A DNA stretch of 64,000 bases. It comes from Planctomycetota bacterium (GTDB taxonomy: Bacteria > Planctomycetota > UBA1135). Both the position numbers and the translations under genes were made by a program. This document shows, piece by piece, positions 41,525 through 51,429 of the stretch (position 1 is the stretch's first letter; every line of letters begins with the position of its first letter). The stretch lies in contig JAJFFC010000008.1 of assembly GCA_021776795.1 (NCBI GenBank), forward strand, positions 314,738 to 378,737, written 5' to 3'. The notes below the pieces were generated by a model that searched no databases, was not told the origin of the DNA, and saw only the letters and a list, made by a program, of their open reading frames with translations.

Positions 41525-42868
41525 CTAATCCCAGTATTCGATCCATTCGGCCTCGAGTCCGGTCAAATCCACCTCATAGATCTTCTGGATTGCGGCTTCG
41601 ATCGCGACGACATCGCCCCGCCTGACCCGACCGACGCTCTTGAGGAAGGCGTCGAAATGGGGTTTGCCGAACTTTGAATTGCGCAGGAAATCGATCATGC
41701 TCGCCGCCTGCAGATAGTGATTGTGGGCGAGATTCTCTCCGGTCTTCGACTTCCCGCCAGATTGCAACAGACTCGGGATGGTCACAAACTCGCGGAAGGC
41801 AGTGAAGCCCCCCTTGCGCGCGGCGGTCCGCGCAAAGCCCTTGCGCTCATTCTTTTTGGTCGACATGTACTCCGCGACCCCTTCCTGGAACCACGATCCA
41901 CCGCCGCTAAGCTTGAGGCGGTTGCTGAAGATTTGGTGGGTGGCTTCGTGAATATGGACTGGGTCTACAGGAGAGTCGTAATAAGTGGCGTAGTAATCGC
42001 GCCAAGCATGGCCTTTCGAATTAGCCGCCGACTTCTTCGAGATGTTGGCAATCTTTGCGTAGTAGTCGATGTACTCCTCTTTCGTGCGAAAGAGGAACAC
42101 CGGCATCAAGCGCCGGTTAGGAATTTCCGGGAAGGGAAAAGTTTCCTGAATCGCTTCGTAACACTCTTCCATCTTGGCCGCGAACTTTTTACCACTGCTG
42201 GAGTTGGTAAAGATGATGTAGTGCTTGGTGCGATAGATTTTCATCTCGCCAGCAAGGTCTTCGGGGCGGTCACGCTCCCACCGTGCCAGAGCTTCCTCTT
42301 CGGTCCAACTCGGGTCCTCGACCTTGCCGGTAAAGCGAATCCCTTCTTGGAACAGCGCAAAGATGGCTGCGCGGGTTTTCTTGTCCGGAGTTGGAGTACA
42401 ACGCCCACGAATCGAATAGCCCTTGTTCTCGGTGAGGCCAGCGACAAAGAACTCGGTGCCGATGCGCTCGGTGACATTCCAGATGCCTGCGGTAGCGCCG
42501 GCAGCAAAAGGCACCGGCCCTAGTGGGCCTTGCAAGACCTGCTGTTCTTCAAAGCGAAAGGCCAGCTGCTTCGGATCTAAGCGCCGGTTGTAGGCAATGT
42601 TCTCCAGGACATCGAATGGGTCTCGCAAACCCCACTCTTTGCGCGGCACCACGACCAGTTCGAAGCCAAGTGCATACTTCCCATAGTTCGTTTTCCAGCG
42701 TTGGAGAGTCATGCTGTCCTCCAGCTTTTGCTCGGACACCACCGTTACCTCTGCAGGCAAGGTCAACTCCAGTTGCACCTCGGGAAAGGACCAGGTTAAT
42801 GGAGAAGGCGAGGCAGGCTCTGTTTGTGGGAGGGCAAGGACAAGAAGGTAGATAAGCATGCAGGGCAA
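41525..42868 (-). CDS. Secreted protein with zincin-like domain (DUF1570/peptidase MA-like)
   Basis: HEATHQ...WFQEGVAEY; likely start at ATG 42859. Confidence 0.65.
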   Translation of the reverse strand: MPCMLIYLLVLALPQTEPASPSPLTWSFPEVQLELTLPAEVTVVSEQKLEDSMTLQRWKTNYGKYALGFELVVVPRKEWGLRDPFDVLENIAYNRRLDPKQLAFRFEEQQVLQGPLGPVPFAAGATAGIWNVTERIGTEFFVAGLTENKGYSIRGRCTPTPDKKTRAAIFALFQEGIRFTGKVEDPSWTEEEALARWERDRPEDLAGEMKIYRTKHYIIFTNSSSGKKFAAKMEECYEAIQETFPFPEIPNRRLMPVFLFRTKEEYIDYYAKIANISKKSAANSKGHAWRDYYATYYDSPVDPVHIHEATHQIFSNRLKLSGGGSWFQEGVAEYMSTKKNERKGFARTAARKGGFTAFREFVTIPSLLQSGGKSKTGENLAHNHYLQAASMIDFLRNSKFGKPHFDAFLKSVGRVRRGDVVAIEAAIQKIYEVDLTGLEAEWIEYWD

Positions 42869-42965
42869 CGAAATGTGGCTGTTAGGGACGTACCCTAGGG
42901 TAGCAAGGAAGAATTTGCTGGTATTCGGGGATTATGAGTCTCTATTCCTAGTCTATACTTTAGTC

Positions 42966-43364
42966 ATGCGACTTCGCGCCCTGTTCCTGATGCTTCTCTT
43001 GCTGCTACCAAGCGGCTTGGGTGCTGCAGTAAGCACGGCGCAAAACTGCATGACAATGCAAGCCAATCTTGCCATGGACTGCTGCTGCAGCCATGAAGAT
43101 CCGAGCTCCGAACCGCTTCCTGGCCCAGGATTAGAGCGAACTTGCTGCTGCGAAGCAAAGGCACCTTTGGCTCCCCTTAGGGAGAGGCCAGCGCCGCGAT
43201 CATGCGATGACCCGGCACCCAAGGTTGCTTTTGCTCCCCTGACCAGTATGGCGTGCCTTCCGCAGGCTCCAGAAGCAGGCCATGGCATTAAGGCCATCGA
43301 ACCTGGGCCTCCGCGTGCGCCACCTTGGCCCCCGCTATTGCGTAGTCAACGATTCCTAATTTGA
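42966..43364 (+). CDS. Small Cys/Pro-rich protein heading the metal-efflux cluster
   Basis: Hydrophobic N-terminus, DCCC and TCCC motifs, GPPRAPP tail; TATACT 6 nt before ATG. Confidence 0.55.
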   Translation: MRLRALFLMLLLLLPSGLGAAVSTAQNCMTMQANLAMDCCCSHEDPSSEPLPGPGLERTCCCEAKAPLAPLRERPAPRSCDDPAPKVAFAPLTSMACLPQAPEAGHGIKAIEPGPPRAPPWPPLLRSQRFLI

Positions 43365-43449
43365 ATGAGCGATTTCCGGTTCATGCTTTCTGCATGTCCG
43401 GTAATCCCGTCCAGCTCACCTGGACTTCCGCTTGTTCTGACTAGAAATC

Positions 43450-44835
43450 ATGCCTTACCGATCTTCGCCCTTCGCGGCCATCCTTTGTTGTGTTGGCCTA
43501 ATCGCCTGCCAAGGCCCTATCACCCCGACCCGCCTGCCCTCCAGCGGCGCGACCCGGGCTGGCATTCCCTCGCCAGATCAACCACCGGCACCCCCCCTCG
43601 AGGAAGGCATCGCCACTTGGTCACCCGAAGAATCAGTAGAAGGATTATTACACCGAGCGGAGGGAAGTAATCCTGCCGTCCGTGCCGCCTTTCAAGAATG
43701 GCAGGCAGCGAAATCGCGCGTCGTTCAGGTCAGCTCATTACCCAACCCATGGATTAGCCTCGGTGGCTACCTTCAATCGGTGGAAACGCGAACAGGCCCC
43801 ATGGATGGGCGCCTAGGCATCAGCCAAAGTTTCCCCTGGCCAGGGAAATTAGAGACTGCCGGGGATCGTGCCTTTGCACTTTCTGAGGGGGTACGCATGA
43901 AAGTTGAGGATGCCCGGCTCCAAGCCAGAAGCTCCTTCCTTCGCTCATGGAGTGAACGCATTTACCTTTCTCGAGCCGAGCGCATTACGGAAGCGCAGGT
44001 CGCACTTCTAGAACATATTGAGGACGTCTCCCTCAGCCTTTATGAGTCCGCTAAGGTTTCTCAAGCAGACGTTCTCCGCGCACAAGTAGAGCGCCTGAAA
44101 ATGGCGGATCGGCTGAACACCCTCAGGCAACGCGAAAAGCCTTTGGAGTCTATCCTCGAAGCAGCAATCGGGGCGCCCATGGTGACGTGCGAAGCTTGGC
44201 ATGATTTACGCCTTGTGGATGAATTTGACTTGCCCAAGGAAAGCGTTTTACGGGAAGCGGTTCTGGCTGGTTCACCGCGCATCGCCGCTCTCGAAGCCCG
44301 CCTCGTCGGCGCTCGCGAGGCCCAGCGCCTAGCCGAATTTGAAGGCTATCCAGACTTTTCTCTAGGCGTAGATTGGACTTGGATCGGAGAGGGAAATCCC
44401 ATTCAACCAGACTCCGGTGATGATGCCTTAGCCATCTCCTTGGCCATCGAAATCCCCCTGCAACGTGCACCGATCGAAGGTGCACGCCATCAAGCCCTAG
44501 CGGAGCGCAGACAAATCCAAGAGCTGCGAGCGCAACTGCAATGGAACCTCTTGGCCGATCTCCAGTCAGCTTTGGCAGCCCACGAAGATGCCCTTCGCCG
44601 CGTTGCCCTGTTTGAGGAGCAATTACTCCCGAAAGCTGAGCAGACCTACGAAACGACTCTCGTTGCATATCAATCTGGCCAGGCTGCCTTTCAGGACATG
44701 CTCGATGCTGCTCGCGTCGTCCTCGATTTCCGCCTCGCCACGGTGCGCGCCAGAACGGATTCTGCCCTTGCCTTCGCCGACCTCAATGCCCTTCTGCCTG
44801 CCTCACAGCTAATCAAGGAGAACACCGAACGATGA
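43450..44835 (+). CDS. TolC/CusC-like outer membrane efflux lipoprotein
   Basis: LIAC lipobox; NPAVRAA, SLPNP, SQSFPWPGKL, YQSGQAAFQDMLDA. Confidence 0.88.
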   Translation: MPYRSSPFAAILCCVGLIACQGPITPTRLPSSGATRAGIPSPDQPPAPPLEEGIATWSPEESVEGLLHRAEGSNPAVRAAFQEWQAAKSRVVQVSSLPNPWISLGGYLQSVETRTGPMDGRLGISQSFPWPGKLETAGDRAFALSEGVRMKVEDARLQARSSFLRSWSERIYLSRAERITEAQVALLEHIEDVSLSLYESAKVSQADVLRAQVERLKMADRLNTLRQREKPLESILEAAIGAPMVTCEAWHDLRLVDEFDLPKESVLREAVLAGSPRIAALEARLVGAREAQRLAEFEGYPDFSLGVDWTWIGEGNPIQPDSGDDALAISLAIEIPLQRAPIEGARHQALAERRQIQELRAQLQWNLLADLQSALAAHEDALRRVALFEEQLLPKAEQTYETTLVAYQSGQAAFQDMLDAARVVLDFRLATVRARTDSALAFADLNALLPASQLIKENTER

Positions 44836-46889
44836 AATACCTCCTCTCCCTGCTTCCACGCCCAACCACCATCCTGTTAGTTCTGTTCTTCGGCATTTTG
44901 ATTGGTCGTTGCTTTACGCCGGTGACCACGGACTCCGCGCCTGACCGAGGAACGGAATCGGGCATGGCGGCAATGGCCCATGAACAGGACCATCAGGTCG
45001 AAACTAGCCCCGAGGTTTGGACCTGCTCTATGCACCCCTCCGTGCAGATGCCAGGTCCAGGAAGTTGCCCCCTTTGTGGCATGGATTTAATCCCACTCGA
45101 TCACGGTGGTGGTTCGTCCGACGGCCCGCGAACGCTTCGCCTAGAGGAAGGCCAAAAGGCCATTGCTGGAATCCGAACGACCCGAGTGGAACGAAGGGAG
45201 ATAGCTCATGAGGTGAGACTGGTGGGGAAATTAGCCGTAGATGAAACTGCACTTGCCACTCTCTCTGCCTGGGTCGGTGGGCGCCTGGATCGTCTTTACG
45301 TGGACTACACCGGTCTAAAAGTACGCGCGGGCGACCACATGGCCGAGATCTATTCACCGCAGCTTTTTCATGCACAGGAAGAACTGATTGTTGCCGTGGA
45401 ATCGGCTCGCCGCTTTGCCGGCAACCTAGACGAATCTTTGCAAAAAATCTCTCACTCGACGGTGGTGGCCGCGCGAAAAAAATTGGCCCTATATGGCCTC
45501 ACCGAAGAGCAGATGGTCGAGATCGTGGAGAAGGGTGAGCCCTCAGAACAAATTACCCTGAATGCCCCCATTGGCGGCACGGTCATCCACCGCAATGCAG
45601 TTGAGGGACAATATGTCGTGGAAGGCGCTCCGCTGTACACCATTGCCGATTTGGAACAACTCTGGCTCGAGTTGGATGTCTATGAATCGGATCTACCCTG
45701 GGTTCGTTATGGACAGGAAGTACAGTTTGAGGTGGATGCATGGCCAGGCGAATCCTTTCGCGGAGAGATTACTTTTTTGGACCCCGTCCTTGATCCGGCT
45801 ACACGCACCGTTCATGTTCGCGTAGAAATCGACAACCGGGACGGGCGCCTACGCCCAGAAATGTACGTCCGCGCCAAATTGCAAACCATGGTTCATGGCA
45901 TGGGCGAGCCTGCTCCTGTGGATCTTAGCGGGAAGTGGATGTGCCCCATGCATCCTGAAATCATTACCGACTCCGAGGGGGAATGCCCGATCTGTGACAT
46001 GCCACTCGAAACTTCTGAGAGCTTGGGCTATGTCGTCGACATGACGGACCAAGGTCCTCCACTGTTGATCCCGATTTCTGCACCGCTATTGACTGGCGAT
46101 CGCGCCATCGTCTTCGTGCAGAGGCCGGGAGAAGAGTTGCACGGCGCGTCCATTTTCGAAGCGCGCGATATCGTCCTTGGCCCACGCGCCGGCGATTTCT
46201 TTGTCGTCAAAGAGGGCCTGGAAGAAGGAGAAATCGTCGTCAGTCGCGGCGCCTTTACTATCGACAGTGAGCTCCAACTGCGCGGTAAGCCATCGATGAT
46301 GGCACCCAAAGGCGGCGGTGGTGGCGGTGGCCACGCCGGAATGCCTGGCATGGGCGACGCCTCTCAAGGCGAAGGCATGGAGGACATGCCTGCCATGGGC
46401 GACAAGGAAGACGTGCCGCAGGAGGAGACAAGCGCTCGTTTCCGCGGCGAGAATGGCAAGCTGCTGATGGCACTAACCGACCTCGGGGAAGCCATGGCGA
46501 GCGATGACCTGATTGCTGCACAAAAGGTCGTCGGGACCATGACGGTAATCCTTCACCCGCTTCATGGCGAGGCCATCCCGGCTTCGGCAGCCAGCGATTT
46601 GGAGACCCTCCGCACCGCGGTCGCGGAGGCTGCCAAAGCAATTCAGTTAGACGACTTGCGCGTGGTTTTTGACCGCATGCAAGCACCGGCGGTAGCGCTT
46701 GCAAAACGCTACGGCTACCTCGGCCTTGAACGCGAACTTGCGATCTTCCATTGCCCGATGGCATTGGAACGAGGCGCCGATTGGATTGACTTTCATGGCG
46801 ACGGCACGCGCAACCCCTACTACGGGGCAAGCATGCTGAAGTGCGGCAGCGAAACCATGACCATCCCTGGCTTCGAGCAACAGCAGTAG
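44832..46889 (+). CDS. cusB: CusB-like RND periplasmic adaptor with two heavy-metal-binding domains and DUF3347-like C-terminus
   Basis: WTCSMHP..GSCPLCGMDL; WMCPMHP..CPICDMPL; HCPMA..NPYYGASMLKCG. Confidence 0.85.
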   Translation: MKYLLSLLPRPTTILLVLFFGILIGRCFTPVTTDSAPDRGTESGMAAMAHEQDHQVETSPEVWTCSMHPSVQMPGPGSCPLCGMDLIPLDHGGGSSDGPRTLRLEEGQKAIAGIRTTRVERREIAHEVRLVGKLAVDETALATLSAWVGGRLDRLYVDYTGLKVRAGDHMAEIYSPQLFHAQEELIVAVESARRFAGNLDESLQKISHSTVVAARKKLALYGLTEEQMVEIVEKGEPSEQITLNAPIGGTVIHRNAVEGQYVVEGAPLYTIADLEQLWLELDVYESDLPWVRYGQEVQFEVDAWPGESFRGEITFLDPVLDPATRTVHVRVEIDNRDGRLRPEMYVRAKLQTMVHGMGEPAPVDLSGKWMCPMHPEIITDSEGECPICDMPLETSESLGYVVDMTDQGPPLLIPISAPLLTGDRAIVFVQRPGEELHGASIFEARDIVLGPRAGDFFVVKEGLEEGEIVVSRGAFTIDSELQLRGKPSMMAPKGGGGGGGHAGMPGMGDASQGEGMEDMPAMGDKEDVPQEETSARFRGENGKLLMALTDLGEAMASDDLIAAQKVVGTMTVILHPLHGEAIPASAASDLETLRTAVAEAAKAIQLDDLRVVFDRMQAPAVALAKRYGYLGLERELAIFHCPMALERGADWIDFHGDGTRNPYYGASMLKCGSETMTIPGFEQQQ

Positions 46890-46898
46890 GCCAGATTC

Positions 46899-49800
46899 AT
46901 GAATCGCTTCCTCACCTTCGTCCTACGCGAGCGTCTGCTCGTGTTCCTCTTCCTGACCGCCATCGTTGTCGGTGGCCTCATGGTTTCGCCCTTTTCGAGC
47001 GCGAAGGAAGATAGCGTGTTGCCGCATTTCCCGGTTCCCGCCGATGCCATCCCGGACCTTGGCGAGAACCAACAGATTGTGTTCACACCATGGTCGGGGA
47101 ATTCCCCGCGCGATGTCGAAGATCAAGTCACCTACCCCCTAACGGTGGCCATGCTCGGCGTGCCTGGAGTGAAGACCATTCGCTCCAACAGCATCTTCGG
47201 ATTCAGTTCGATTTACATCATTTTTGAGGAATCTGTAGATTTCTACTGGTCGCGTTCGCGCATCCTCGAGAAGCTGAACAGCCTGCCGGCCGGGACTCTG
47301 CCGGCCGATGTGCAACCGGCGCTGGGACCCGACGCCACCGGCCTAGGGCAGGTGTTTTGGTACACCCTGGAAGGCCAAGACAGCGCCGGAAAAGCTACCG
47401 GTGGATTTGACCTAGACGAATTGCGTGCGGTGCAAGATTGGACCGTGCGTTACGCCCTAACCGCAGTCACTGGCGTCAGTGAAGTTGCGAGTATTGGTGG
47501 CTTTGAGCGAGAGTACACCGTCGAGGTCGATCCCGATGCCCTGCATGCCTTTGATGTAGACCTCAAGGAGGTCCAACAAGCGGTCCGTGGCGCTAATACT
47601 GAAACCGGCGCAGGCGTCCTCGAGTTCAATCGGGTGGAGTACATCCTTCGCGGCAAGGGGTGGATCACAAGCCCTGCGGACATCGCCAAATCTCCGATTC
47701 GCGCTCGCGATGGCACACCCTTGCGTGTGGCCGATGTCGCTCATGTCTCTCTCGGCCCCGCCCCGCGGCGCGGTGCCCTGGACAAGAATGGGCACGAAGT
47801 CGTCGGTGGTGTGGTCACGGTGCGTTACGGCACCAACCCGCTGGAGGTATTGGATCGTGTCAAGGCCGAGATCGAACGCATCGCACCAAGCCTTCCTAAG
47901 ATCACACTCCCCGACGGCACCGTCAGCCAAATCACGGTGGTCCCCTTCTATGACCGAACCGGCCTCATTCATGAGACTCTCGGCACGCTAGAGGAGGCAC
48001 TAACTCTTCAGATCATTGTCACGATGATTGTCATCCTTCTGCTGATGGTTCGACTACGTGCGGCGTTGCTCGTGGGCATATCGTTGCCAGTGACCGTGCT
48101 TGGCGCTTTCGTGCTGATGAAAGTTTTTGATATCGACGCCAACATTGTGGCATTGTCGGGGATTGCCATTGCGATTGGCACCATCGCAGACATGGGGATT
48201 GTCCTGTGCGAAAACATTGTGCAGCGACTCAAATCCGCGCCCGAAGGTGAAACTCGCCGCCAATCGGTGCACTACGCTGCCGTCGAGGTTGGTGGCGCCG
48301 TCATGACCGCAGTGACGACGACCATCCTTGGCTTCTTGCCCGTTTTTGTCATGACGGGAGCCGAGGGCAAGCTGTTCAAGCCACTGGCGTTTACAAAAAC
48401 GTTCACTCTTGGCGCCTCTATCGTGGTCGCACTGATGCTCATTCCAGCGATTGCGCTTATTATTTTCCGCAGCCGCCATGAATCCTCGCCACGCATGGAA
48501 CGCTGGAAAGGTCTCGCCCGCAAATGGCTTGGGCGTTTTGCCTTTTTGCCCCACACCGTGGCCATTATTTTTGCAGCACTGTGGCTGGTGGTCCTCCTTA
48601 GCTCTCGCTGGCAGCCACTCGGAGTTGATCGAACGGTCTCCAATTTCCTGTTCGTGGCCATCACCATGGGTCTCCTAGTCGGTTTCTTTTGGCTGGTGAG
48701 GATTGCGTACCCGCGCGTCTTACGATGGTGCTTGCAGCACAAAATTCTTTTCCTCAGCTTGCCAATGACCATCGCTTTGTTTGGCACAAGCGCATGGATT
48801 GGCTTCGACAAAGTCTTCGCCTTTTTGCCAACTACATTGGAAAAGGTTGGGGTTGCGCGAGAATCGACTTACCGCACATCCTTTTGGAGCAACGGAAGCG
48901 AGATGCTTCCCGGCTTTGGAAAGGAATTCATGCCATCTCTGGATGAGGGAAGTTTTCTTTACATGCCAACAACCCCTCCGCATGCCTCGATGCAGCAGGC
49001 GTTGGAAATGGTGAGCCTTCTGGACCAAGCAATCGCATCCATCCCCGAGGTGGAGTCTTCTGTAGGCAAAATTGGGCGCGCGGAGACCGCGCTGGACCCG
49101 GCTCCAATCTCTATGGTCGAAAACGTCATTCTGTACAAATCAGAATATTCCACCGACGAAGAGGGCAACCGCATTCGGAATTGGCGCGACGAGATTCAAT
49201 CACCAGATGACATCTGGGATGAAGTGGTATCGCGTGCCAAATTGCTAGGAGTCACTTCTGCGCCCAAATTGCAACCCATTGAAACGCGCTTGGTCATGCT
49301 CCAAAGCGGTATGCGCGCCCCAATGGGCGTCAAGGTAGCCGCGCCTGATTTGGAGTCGCTAGAGGCTGCTGCCTTGCTCATCGAGAAGGAACTCAAGAAC
49401 ATACCGGGTATTATCCCGGCAGCGGTGTTTGCAGACAGAGTCATTGGTAAGCCCTATCTAGAGGTCGATATCCGGCGGGAGGACGCCGCCCGCTATGGCC
49501 TAACCGTGGCCGCGGTGCAAGAACACTTGATGACCGCCTTTGGTGGAAAAATCGTGTCGCAAACCGTCGAAGGCCGTGAGCGATTCAATATCCGAGTCCG
49601 CTATCCCCATGAACTTCGAGGTGATACCGACGACCTCCGCGCCCTATGGCTACCCCTTCCCCACGGCGGCCATGTACCCCTGACGCAAGTCGGAGAGATC
49701 AGTTATCGCCGCGGACCCCAGGTCATCAAAACCGAAGACACCTTCCTTACGGCTTACGTCACCTTCGACAAAGAGGCTGCACTCGCCGAGGTCGATGTCG

Positions 49801-50492
49801 TCGAGAACGCTCAGCGCATTCTGAAGGAGCATCTCGCCGATGGCAGCCTAGAACTTCCCCCTGGCGTGACCTATAAGTTTGCTGGCACCTACGAGAATCA
49901 GCTACGCGCATCCAAGACCTTGGCCATTGTCCTTCCAGTGGCGCTCCTGCTCATCCTCATCGTCCTGCAGCTCAATTTCCGCTCGCTTGCCGTGACCATG
50001 ATGGTCTTTAGTGGTGTATTCGTCGCTTGGTCCGGCGGATTCCTCATGCTTTGGCTCTACGGCCAAGATTGGTTCCTCAATTTTGATGTCTTCGACACCT
50101 CGATGCGTGAGCTCTTTCAGGTGCAGCCACTGAACCTTTCTGTAGCGGTTTGGGTGGGATTCCTTGCCCTGTTCGGCATCGCGACCGACGACGGCGTTCT
50201 CATGGGAACCTATATCAAGCAATCCTTTGCCAAAAATCGCCCGAAGACCCGCGAAGAGATTCGCGAGGCCATCGTGATTGCAGGCAAGCGCCGGGTCGTA
50301 CCGGCACTCATGACCACGGCAACCACCGCATTGGCGTTGCTCCCGGTTCTCACTTCCACTGGTCGCGGCGCCGATGTCATGGTGCCGATGGCCATCCCTT
50401 CTTTCGGCGGAATGTGTGTCGCATTGTTGACCATGCTCGTCGTTCCTGTCCTTTACAGCGCCTACGAAGAGAGGCGCATCCTAAAATCTTAG
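46899..50492 (+). CDS. cusA: CusA/CzcA family heavy-metal RND efflux permease
   Basis: DAIPDLGENQQIV, VEDQVTYPLT, LGPDATGLG, EFMPSLDEG, GRAETALDPAP. Confidence 0.92.
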   Translation: MNRFLTFVLRERLLVFLFLTAIVVGGLMVSPFSSAKEDSVLPHFPVPADAIPDLGENQQIVFTPWSGNSPRDVEDQVTYPLTVAMLGVPGVKTIRSNSIFGFSSIYIIFEESVDFYWSRSRILEKLNSLPAGTLPADVQPALGPDATGLGQVFWYTLEGQDSAGKATGGFDLDELRAVQDWTVRYALTAVTGVSEVASIGGFEREYTVEVDPDALHAFDVDLKEVQQAVRGANTETGAGVLEFNRVEYILRGKGWITSPADIAKSPIRARDGTPLRVADVAHVSLGPAPRRGALDKNGHEVVGGVVTVRYGTNPLEVLDRVKAEIERIAPSLPKITLPDGTVSQITVVPFYDRTGLIHETLGTLEEALTLQIIVTMIVILLLMVRLRAALLVGISLPVTVLGAFVLMKVFDIDANIVALSGIAIAIGTIADMGIVLCENIVQRLKSAPEGETRRQSVHYAAVEVGGAVMTAVTTTILGFLPVFVMTGAEGKLFKPLAFTKTFTLGASIVVALMLIPAIALIIFRSRHESSPRMERWKGLARKWLGRFAFLPHTVAIIFAALWLVVLLSSRWQPLGVDRTVSNFLFVAITMGLLVGFFWLVRIAYPRVLRWCLQHKILFLSLPMTIALFGTSAWIGFDKVFAFLPTTLEKVGVARESTYRTSFWSNGSEMLPGFGKEFMPSLDEGSFLYMPTTPPHASMQQALEMVSLLDQAIASIPEVESSVGKIGRAETALDPAPISMVENVILYKSEYSTDEEGNRIRNWRDEIQSPDDIWDEVVSRAKLLGVTSAPKLQPIETRLVMLQSGMRAPMGVKVAAPDLESLEAAALLIEKELKNIPGIIPAAVFADRVIGKPYLEVDIRREDAARYGLTVAAVQEHLMTAFGGKIVSQTVEGRERFNIRVRYPHELRGDTDDLRALWLPLPHGGHVPLTQVGEISYRRGPQVIKTEDTFLTAYVTFDKEAALAEVDVVENAQRILKEHLADGSLELPPGVTYKFAGTYENQLRASKTLAIVLPVALLLILIVLQLNFRSLAVTMMVFSGVFVAWSGGFLMLWLYGQDWFLNFDVFDTSMRELFQVQPLNLSVAVWVGFLALFGIATDDGVLMGTYIKQSFAKNRPKTREEIREAIVIAGKRRVVPALMTTATTALALLPVLTSTGRGADVMVPMAIPSFGGMCVALLTMLVVPVLYSAYEERRILKS

Positions 50493-50497
50493 TAAAC

Positions 50498-51343
50498 ATG
50501 AAACCATTCTCCATTCTGATGACTGCGGTCCTGCTCGCCGTTCCGGCGGCGGCGCAACACGACAACCATGATGGCGAGCATGGACAAGATCCTGCCGCCA
50601 AGGCCCAGAAAATCACCGTACCCACGACCCTCGTTCCTCAGACTACTTGCCCGATTTCGGGAGAAGATCTAGAGGACAAGGAGAACTTCATCGACTATGA
50701 AGGTCACCGCATCTACGTGTGCTGCAAGAAATGCAAAAAGAAGGCTGCGATGAAGCCGGAACAAGTTGCGATGAAGATGTTTGCTGCAGGCATTGCGCTC
50801 GAAAATAAGCAAACGACTTGCCCCGTTTCTGGTGAAGAGCTGGAAGACCATGTCACCTTTGTCAAGCTCTACAACAAGACCATCTATACCTGCTGCAATA
50901 AGTGCAAGACAAAGGTGGCTGCAAACCCCGCCAAGTACCTCGACCTGATGGAAGGGCGCACTGCTCAAACCAAATGCGCCGTCCGTGGTGGTGACCTCGA
51001 CCCCGAGGCCAATTTCACGGTGGAAGGCATGACCATCGGCCAATGCTGTCCTGGCTGCGAAAAGAAATGGCAAGCGGATCCTGCCACCTACTTTGCCAAG
51101 TTAAAGGCTGACAACGTGGTGGTCGAGCCCGCGACCATGATTTGCCCCGTTATGCCAGGAATGAATGGCAACAAAAAGTTCCCGGTCACGCTTGGTGCCA
51201 AACGCTATTACCTCTGCAGCGAAAAGGCAGCCCTGATGTTTGTTACCAACCAAGAAAAATACATGCCCGGTTGGTTTGCGGCGCAGGGGATTGAGGTCGC
51301 GCCAAAGCTTGAAGAGCACAAAGTCGACCATGATGTGCAATAG
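50498..51343 (+). CDS. Periplasmic protein with four YHS/TRASH-like Cys-rich repeats
   Basis: Signal peptide, His-rich N-terminus, repeats CPxSG..CCxxC. Confidence 0.75.
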   Translation: MKPFSILMTAVLLAVPAAAQHDNHDGEHGQDPAAKAQKITVPTTLVPQTTCPISGEDLEDKENFIDYEGHRIYVCCKKCKKKAAMKPEQVAMKMFAAGIALENKQTTCPVSGEELEDHVTFVKLYNKTIYTCCNKCKTKVAANPAKYLDLMEGRTAQTKCAVRGGDLDPEANFTVEGMTIGQCCPGCEKKWQADPATYFAKLKADNVVVEPATMICPVMPGMNGNKKFPVTLGAKRYYLCSEKAALMFVTNQEKYMPGWFAAQGIEVAPKLEEHKVDHDVQ

Positions 51344-51429
51344 CCAAGATGAGGGCTTTGCCCTCATTAGCTGAAGAGGAACGTAAGTGTGGCTGTCGCC
51401 AACGTCGGCAGCCACCACCCCTACCCAAT

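Noticed and set aside
50150..50497. N-terminal extension of the Cys-rich protein
   Set aside because: It overlaps cusA in another frame; the signal peptide begins at ATG 50498.
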